From Terriglobales bacterium (lineage in GTDB: Bacteria > Acidobacteriota > Terriglobia > Terriglobales > SCQP01), in contig JBOGKJ010000285.1 of the NCBI GenBank assembly GCA_050745565.1, positions 2,149 to 66,148 on the forward strand: 64,000 nt of DNA, given 5' to 3'. A program made the position numbers and the translations under genes. Every line of letters starts with the position of its first letter. The first letter of the stretch is position 1. The notes beneath the pieces are model-generated. The model worked only from the letters and a program-made list of their open reading frames with translations. It was not told the DNA's origin and ran no database searches. Shown here piece by piece: positions 58,379-64,000 of the stretch.

Positions 58379-59670
58379 TAAGGAACGCGCCCATCCTCCG
58401 GCGTGGCCGGAATCGCAGCCAGTGAGTAAACCGGATCGGCAGCGCGAATTTCCCGGTAACTCTCCCGGGCCAGCGCCAGACCCGCCAGCATCAGCCAGCC
58501 CAGCAACACCGCCAACACCGTATTGAGCAGTGTTCGCGGCCGCACCGGCTTCTCCGGAGGCAGCGCGGGCGCAATCTGCTGGAATTGCTGCGAACGGGCG
58601 TTGACGCTGACCGAGGCGTTGCGGTAATCCCGCGCCGATGCGGTATAGGTGGCGCTCGCCACGTCATAGGCTTGCTGCTGCTTCGCGACCTCGTCCCGTT
58701 GCCGCACCAGGTCCGGCATGCGCGCGCGCAGGGTGGCGTTCACGGCAGTCAGTTCGGCGTTGGCCGCGGCGATGCCCTGGCGATCCGCGGCCGCCTCTGC
58801 TCCCGCCTGATCCCGCCGCGCCAGCAGTTGATCGCGGACCGGGTTGAGCACGTCCTCGGTGACGCCGATCCGGCTGTCAGAGTCGAGCTGGAGGCGCTGC
58901 AGCGCCTGCTCCAGAAAACGGTCCTGATCGAGGCTCTTCTGCAGATGCACCAGCGGCGGCTGCTGCTGGACGGCGCCGGCCAGAGCCTGGCTCTCGCCGG
59001 TCGCCTGGGCCAGGGCGAGGTTAAGATTCCCCAGCGTCGCGGCCAGCTCCTGCTGGCGCACCAGCAAACCCGCCACCTCCTTCTCCCGTTCGTCCATCTT
59101 TGCCGCCAAATTGACACGGAGCCGGGCCGTCGCCGCTTGTTGCAGCGCCGCCGCGGCGCGGCCCATGCGGTCGCTCAGGAAGCGCTGGGTGGCGTCGGCG
59201 TCGGCCTCGGTGAGGTGTTGGTTGAAGCTGGAAGCGGTCAGCGCCAGGTAATTGGCCAGTTGGGCCGCCATGGCCGCGCTAGGGAAATCCACCTCGATCT
59301 GCAGGAGGCGGGTCGAGCGAGGAATCTCCACATCGAAGCCGTAGCGGCTCCGCAGCAAGCGTGGAGTCAGGCGGTAGGGGGGCTGGTCGAGTTGAAAATG
59401 ATGCAGCGCCTGCGCCACCAACCCATCATTGTCGATGAAGCTGATGTAGGTCGGCAGCAGTGAATATTCCAGTGGCGAAGGCAGTACGCTGGCGTCCAAT
59501 TTCGAGTCCGACACCAGCACGTAGGTGGTGGCGCGGTAGATTCGCGGCGACGCCAGACTGAACAGCAGCGCTGCCAGACCGCATAAAACGCCCCCGCCAA
59601 GAATCCAGTTACGGCCCCGACGCAGGCGGCGCAAGCGCGCAAGCCACGGCTGATCGCGTTGATCAAACAT
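58378..59670 (-). CDS. polysaccharide co-polymerase / chain-length determinant (Wzz/GumC-like, no kinase domain)
   Basis: 430 aa from ATG 59670. N-terminal TM, long Q/A-rich coiled-coil periplasmic region, C-terminal TM after PEKPVRPR. Confidence 0.75.
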   Translation of the reverse strand: MFDQRDQPWLARLRRLRRGRNWILGGGVLCGLAALLFSLASPRIYRATTYVLVSDSKLDASVLPSPLEYSLLPTYISFIDNDGLVAQALHHFQLDQPPYRLTPRLLRSRYGFDVEIPRSTRLLQIEVDFPSAAMAAQLANYLALTASSFNQHLTEADADATQRFLSDRMGRAAAALQQAATARLRVNLAAKMDEREKEVAGLLVRQQELAATLGNLNLALAQATGESQALAGAVQQQPPLVHLQKSLDQDRFLEQALQRLQLDSDSRIGVTEDVLNPVRDQLLARRDQAGAEAAADRQGIAAANAELTAVNATLRARMPDLVRQRDEVAKQQQAYDVASATYTASARDYRNASVSVNARSQQFQQIAPALPPEKPVRPRTLLNTVLAVLLGWLMLAGLALARESYREIRAADPVYSLAAIPATPEDGRVP

Positions 59671-61687
59671 TGTCAGTTGACGCGGGCTCCGGCGCGGCTT
59701 CGCCGCGCATCCCGCTTGTGTGCGCGCTGGCTCGGGGGGTCCGTTCGCCCCAACCCGGTGCACGCGTTGCCTGGGGAAGTTCCCGATAATTACCGCCCCG
59801 CTGATGCCGCGGGCTGGCGGCAGCGGCGCCATGCGCGGGCCGAGGCCGATCCAGCGGACGAACCCAGCCGCAGACGGTGCGGGCGAGAATCCATAGGTCG
59901 TGACCCAGCGACCAACGTTCAAAATATTCCAGATCGCATTCCAGGCGCTGGTGAATCGAAGTGTCGCCCCGCCATCCGTTCACCTGCGCCCAGCCGGTGA
60001 TGCCCACGTGGCCCTGGTGCCGGAGCGCATAGCCCGGTATCTCGCCGCTGAAGCGCTCCACGAAAAAGGGCCGCTCTGGACGCGGTCCCACCAGGCTCAT
60101 CTGGCCGCGCAAGACGTTCACCAACTGCGGCAACTCGTCCAAGTTGGTTCGCCGAAGCCACGCCCCCAGCCGGGTAATGTGGCGATCATCGGCTCGACCC
60201 CAGTGGGTGTCAGGGTTGAACTCCAATGCCGGCCGCATGGTGCGAAACTTCAGCATGCGGAAGTAATGGCCAAGCCGGCCCACGCGGACCTGCCGCAACA
60301 AGACCGGTTCCGGCGAGGTCAGCAGGAGCGCGATACTTATCGCCAGCAGCACCGGCGACAGCAACCCCAGCGCCAGCAGTGCAATCGTCGCGTCCATGCT
60401 GCGTTTTATTCCGTTGTAGGCCATGCCCTCGACTCGGCGCATCGTCCTGGCGTGCTGGTGCCGCCGCAGCCAGAACGGCCAGCGCCCGGCGGCCCAACCG
60501 TAGCGCACGGCGGCGTGGAGATGAAACCCGAGCCGGCGGAGCACATGGACCGCGGAGGTCGCCGCCGACCACCGCCCAGGGCGGGCCGCCGCGTGTCCGC
60601 GGTGAGGACGATGCCGCGGGCACAGCCGGCGCCGCCGGAGGCCGCTCCAAACCCGCGCGTCGGTCACGAAGTGCCGGTGGAGCAGCAAACCGTCTTTGTT
60701 GGCGCTGAAGTTGTCCAGTGCCGCCCCTACGCCCAGTCGCTGCACCCAGATCGCGGTCGCCGGTCGCAACTGGCCGACCGTGGCGCTCCGCAGCCCCGGC
60801 GGCAGGTCCGCCTCGAAAAGCCGCTCGCTCAGCAGGAATACGGCTCCGGCCGCTTCCGCCAGTTGGGTATGCGCCCACGCCGGGTGCCCAGCCGCTGCGA
60901 CAGCCTCTTCCCGGCCACGCTCGAAAAACCACGCCAGTTCCAGCAGCCAGGCCAGGCGGCACCAATTGTGCAGGATGTGGCGGAAGATGTGGAGCGTCTG
61001 AAAAATCAAGGCGTCGCCCGGGGCCAGTACCTCGAATTCGAGGTCGTTCCAAACCACGCGCCGTCGCCGCTCGAAGGCGTCGCGAAGCGCCGGAATACCG
61101 ACGCCATCCTCAGTGGGGTTCCAGAGCTGCGTGTGTACCTCGACGGAACGGGGCATACCTGGCGCAAACAACCGCGCTCCGCCGGGCGGCGGCGCCCCCG
61201 CACCCGGACACCAGTACGTCTCACCGTGGCCGCTATCCTCGCGACGCAGCCGGTAGCCCGCTTGCAGCAGGACGCGACGCGCCGATTCCCGCGCGCTGGC
61301 TGGTATCAGGTAGTCGAAGTCGTAGGTGACGCGCATCCCCAAATCGGGACAGAACAGTGGATACAGACTGAATCCCTTGAGCACGGCGAAAGGAATGTCG
61401 TGCCGCCGGAACAAGCGGTTGGTGGCGGCGAACTCCTGGCGCATCAGCTGCATGCGGTGGTGGTTTTGCCGCGCACACTCCTGCCAGTGCCGGCGTTCGC
61501 ACGTCGGCGCGGCGGCATCGGCCCGCAACCGCGAATGCAGGTAAAGCGTCAACCCGGAAAGGTCCAGCCAGAACCGGTTCCGACGCCATGCCCGCGCCGT
61601 GTACCGGCCGCACCGCTCCCGCGCCGCCACCGAGCCGCCCGACGTGCCGAGAGCGGCCACGACGTCACGCGCCAAAGTTCGGTTCAC
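59663..61687 (-). CDS. fusion: N-terminal NTP_transf_5-like nucleotidyltransferase + C-terminal PglC/WbaP-type phosphoglycosyl (bacterial sugar) transferase
   Basis: Single 674-aa ORF. FAVLKGFSLYPLF...RVTYDFDYLI (NTase-like), then KRSMDATIALLALGLLSPVLL...LKFRTM...DELPQLVNVLRGQMSLVGPRPERP. An internal Met (MRRVEGMAYNG) could in principle give a separate product. Confidence 0.75.
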   Translation of the reverse strand: MNRTLARDVVAALGTSGGSVAARERCGRYTARAWRRNRFWLDLSGLTLYLHSRLRADAAAPTCERRHWQECARQNHHRMQLMRQEFAATNRLFRRHDIPFAVLKGFSLYPLFCPDLGMRVTYDFDYLIPASARESARRVLLQAGYRLRREDSGHGETYWCPGAGAPPPGGARLFAPGMPRSVEVHTQLWNPTEDGVGIPALRDAFERRRRVVWNDLEFEVLAPGDALIFQTLHIFRHILHNWCRLAWLLELAWFFERGREEAVAAAGHPAWAHTQLAEAAGAVFLLSERLFEADLPPGLRSATVGQLRPATAIWVQRLGVGAALDNFSANKDGLLLHRHFVTDARVWSGLRRRRLCPRHRPHRGHAAARPGRWSAATSAVHVLRRLGFHLHAAVRYGWAAGRWPFWLRRHQHARTMRRVEGMAYNGIKRSMDATIALLALGLLSPVLLAISIALLLTSPEPVLLRQVRVGRLGHYFRMLKFRTMRPALEFNPDTHWGRADDRHITRLGAWLRRTNLDELPQLVNVLRGQMSLVGPRPERPFFVERFSGEIPGYALRHQGHVGITGWAQVNGWRGDTSIHQRLECDLEYFERWSLGHDLWILARTVCGWVRPLDRPRPAHGAAAASPRHQRGGNYRELPQATRAPGWGERTPRASAHTSGMRGEAAPEPASTDNV

Positions 61688-62736
61688 GACGCCACCGCCG
61701 CTGTCGCGCCATTCTCCAGCAATTGACGGTACACTGCCGCAGCCGTGGCGGGATCGTTGCCATAGGCGAGGTCGTAGGCGGGAAGGGCCAGCAAAGCGGC
61801 GCGGTGGGCGCCACCGCCCGATGTTCGGGCTAGGCCGCCAAATTCTTCAAGTCGCGATTCGCGCTCAGCCAGGCTGAGGCGCTCGAGCCGGCCCTGCCCG
61901 CGGCCGCCACGATCGAGAAAGACCAGACCGATCGGCCGCACCGGCACCGTCGGCCCGGACACGCTGAAGAGGTCCGCACCCAGGAATGGCACTCCCTGGT
62001 ATTCAAATCGCCGCACCTGATCGCGCAACTGTGGAGAGTGGCCGAGAGCGGAAGGGCGGAACACCGCCGGCCAAAATTGCCCCCACACGCGCATCTCGCC
62101 GAGGTCGCCGTCCAGGAAGCATGCCTGATCGGCGCGCATCTCCAGCCCGAGCGCGCCGGCGGCGTACACCGAACTGGTCTTACCGCTTTCCGGCGGGCCC
62201 AAGATCAGCACCGCCCGCGGACCTGCCGCCACACAGCCACACGCCAGCGGCGTCAGCCCCAGCCACGGCGCGGTCAACTGAAACAGCGTCGCCAGGAAGA
62301 CAGCCGCCAGCGGGCAGTTGGACTCGACCAGATCCGGGGGTAACACCGCGACCGCTTGACGTAATTTCGCGTCCACCGCGGCAAAGCCGCGCTCTCCGAC
62401 GTTGATATAGCCGAGTTGACCGTCGCTGTAAAGCGACAGTTCGGGCCAGGCGGGGAGGCTCGGAGGGCAAACCGGGGCCGGGCGCCGTAGCGCGGTGTCC
62501 TCGATGAGCGTCCAGCGGAAATCGTTGGCGTCAACCTCCGCCGGCGCCTCGCTGGACACCGGCAGGGCGGCTTCCACCCCGGCGAGCAGGCGGGCGGAGT
62601 TGGTCGCCACCTGCAGTTGCCTGCCCATCACCAGGGCCCGCCGGCACAGAGGCGACGGCTCAAATCGGCGCAGGGGATCGAATGTGGCCGGAAGGATGGC
62701 TGCCGCCTCCGTCACTTCAGCACCTCCTCCCGGCAT
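61684..62736 (-). CDS. HPr-kinase-C-terminal-like P-loop protein (HprK-related kinase B-like)
   Basis: P-loop ILGPPESGKTS. The start is ATG 62736 or GTG 62715 (GTGA overlap). The ORF-track 486-aa entry is over-extended. Confidence 0.65.
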   Translation of the reverse strand: MPGGGAEVTEAAAILPATFDPLRRFEPSPLCRRALVMGRQLQVATNSARLLAGVEAALPVSSEAPAEVDANDFRWTLIEDTALRRPAPVCPPSLPAWPELSLYSDGQLGYINVGERGFAAVDAKLRQAVAVLPPDLVESNCPLAAVFLATLFQLTAPWLGLTPLACGCVAAGPRAVLILGPPESGKTSSVYAAGALGLEMRADQACFLDGDLGEMRVWGQFWPAVFRPSALGHSPQLRDQVRRFEYQGVPFLGADLFSVSGPTVPVRPIGLVFLDRGGRGQGRLERLSLAERESRLEEFGGLARTSGGGAHRAALLALPAYDLAYGNDPATAAAVYRQLLENGATAAVAS

Positions 62737-63728
62737 TCCGAGCCACGCTGGCAAAACAAATCCAGATAGCGGGCCACCTCGTGGGGCTCGGCGGCGTAAC
62801 TCAAACGCCGGCAATCGGCGGCCTCGCAAACGCGTGCCAACGTGCGGCGTTGGCCGGCCAGGACGGAAGGCTCGGCGGCCATCAGTTCCGCGTCCCACCG
62901 CCCTAGAATTTCCTGCGACGATATCGGGCTGCACTGCGCCGCGTGACCGGCCTGCCGCTGCAGCACCAGCACCCGGGCGATCGGGATTCCGCGGGAGCAG
63001 CCCGCCTCCGGCACCGCCGGTGCCGGGAGTGGCACGAACAGCGAGAATTCCTGATCGGCGCCCATCTCCAGGGGACGGCCGGCGAGAGCCGGAAAAAATC
63101 GTGCCGCTTCCGGGCGGAGCTTCGCGCATCCGGGCAGCGGCCATGCCACCGCCACCTCACCCTGCTCGGTCACATAGGTGCGATCGTCAGCGACGAATTG
63201 GAAGTCGCGTTGAGCCAGTGCCAGCGCCAGCGTGGATTTGCCCGCGCCGCTGCCGCCCGCCAGCAGCAGCGCACGGCCGTCGCGCACCACGCACGCGGCG
63301 TGCACCCCCACCACCCCCGCCTGCCCTCCCAAAACAGTGAGCAGCACCGGCAGCAGCACCCGCTGCCAGTAGGTGCGGTCCCGGGCCATTGCCGCTGAAA
63401 TCCGGGCCACCGCATGCAGGCTGCGCAGGTCGAGCAGCAGCGCGTTGTCCAGCCCAAAGCTGGCGAACACCAGGTGCTTCAACCCGCGGAAATACGGCTT
63501 GGGCCAGGGCGCCGCGCCTGTCAGGCTCTCGTCCACCCAACAGCGCAGCCGGAAGTAGCCGGAACCCGCCAGACCGGCATCGTCGCTGCTCGGCAGACTG
63601 CTGGAAAACATCCCGAGCAGCTCGGGGCAGTTGGTCGCCACCTGGCAGCACACGCCCGCCAGCCAAAAACTGCCCTCCCAGGGCAATCGCCGCGAGGCCG
63701 GGACCATGTCCGATTGACGAGCCGCCAT
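62712..63728 (-). CDS. HPr-kinase-C-terminal-like P-loop protein (HprK-related kinase A-like)
   Basis: 338 aa. HAACVVRDGRALLLAGGSGAGKSTLALAL. GGAGAA SD 8 nt upstream of the ATG. Confidence 0.65.
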   Translation of the reverse strand: MAARQSDMVPASRRLPWEGSFWLAGVCCQVATNCPELLGMFSSSLPSSDDAGLAGSGYFRLRCWVDESLTGAAPWPKPYFRGLKHLVFASFGLDNALLLDLRSLHAVARISAAMARDRTYWQRVLLPVLLTVLGGQAGVVGVHAACVVRDGRALLLAGGSGAGKSTLALALAQRDFQFVADDRTYVTEQGEVAVAWPLPGCAKLRPEAARFFPALAGRPLEMGADQEFSLFVPLPAPAVPEAGCSRGIPIARVLVLQRQAGHAAQCSPISSQEILGRWDAELMAAEPSVLAGQRRTLARVCEAADCRRLSYAAEPHEVARYLDLFCQRGSECREEVLK

Positions 63729-63819
63729 CTTTGCTGTTCTCCGCTGACCAGCGTAATGGGGCGGAGGGCGTCGTTGTGTCGGACTGGTGTCAACTATTTG
63801 TAAAGGTTGCTTCGACCGC

Positions 63820-64000
63820 TCAGGGCACGAACTTATAGCCGGTGCCGTGCACGGTAAGGAAGTGAGCCGGGCGATTGGGATCGGGTTCCAGTTTCTGGCG
63901 CAGGTTCAGCATGTGGGTGTCCACGGTGCGGGTTGAGGGATAGCACTGGTATCCCCAAACCTCCTTCAGCAGAGCCTCGCGCGGTATCACTCGTTTGGGG
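63820..64000 (-). CDS. OmpR-family response regulator, C-terminal winged-helix part (5' end off window)
   Basis: Reverse translation ...PREALLKEVWGYQCYPSTRTVDTHMLNLRQKLEPDPNRPAHFLTVHGTGYKFVP*. Confidence 0.8.
   Translation of the reverse strand, partial: PKRVIPREALLKEVWGYQCYPSTRTVDTHMLNLRQKLEPDPNRPAHFLTVHGTGYKFVP

Noticed and set aside
63788-63793. TTGACA hexamer upstream of the 17-gene operon as a sigma70 -35 box.
   Set aside because: No TATAAT-like hexamer lies 16-18 nt downstream (CGCCCT). The operon may instead be read through from the upstream response-regulator gene.

Overview
Visibly very GC-rich bacterial chromosomal window (GC not computed). A GWxTD protein, a CarboxypepD_reg-type outer-membrane barrel, several sigma54 activators and MacB/FtsX-type transporters suggest Acidobacteriota; this is inference only. 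Region 1-25.8 kb is housekeeping: fabD(partial)-plsX-rpmF-yceD, tRNA-Val, an F0 module (atpZ-like/atpI-like/atpB/atpE) with no atpFHAGDC downstream, a DsbA-like protein, nadE, a TPR protein, erpA, aspA, lpxL-like plus ArnT-like genes, a Sel1 protein, an MBL hydrolase, gap-pgk-tpiA-tRNA-Leu-secG, an EndoIII-like glycosylase, ntrY/ntrX-like genes, an alpha/beta hydrolase and an M20 peptidase. Region 25.8-27.6 kb is a visibly AT-richer islet. It encodes a signal-peptide-bearing protein with four tandem 14-aa units, plus a 7-TM protein and a small TM protein. Region 27.6-35.5 kb is a minus-strand GWxTD / OM barrel / PDZ-containing histidine kinase / sigma54 regulator operon. Region 36-40.8 kb is a MacA/MacB-like adaptor + ATPase + two permeases. 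Region 41-63.7 kb is the standout: 17 co-directional, mostly overlapping genes. They join a Wzx/Wzy-type glycan assembly set to five B12-type radical SAM enzymes, three SAM methyltransferases and an amidohydrolase-radical SAM fusion. The glycan set comprises two HprK-like P-loop proteins, a nucleotidyltransferase-phosphoglycosyl transferase fusion, PCP, flippase, a Wzy_C protein and two GT4 enzymes. Intergenic DNA carries at least two dispersed repeat families (A, 4 copies; B, 2.5 copies; nested at 19.4-20.4 kb), heptanucleotide-period microrepeats at gene ends, and a possible in-frame family-A remnant inside plsX. No CRISPR array, transposase, integrase or rRNA was seen. Many long ORF-track entries are GC-driven antisense or upstream-extension artefacts and were not called.
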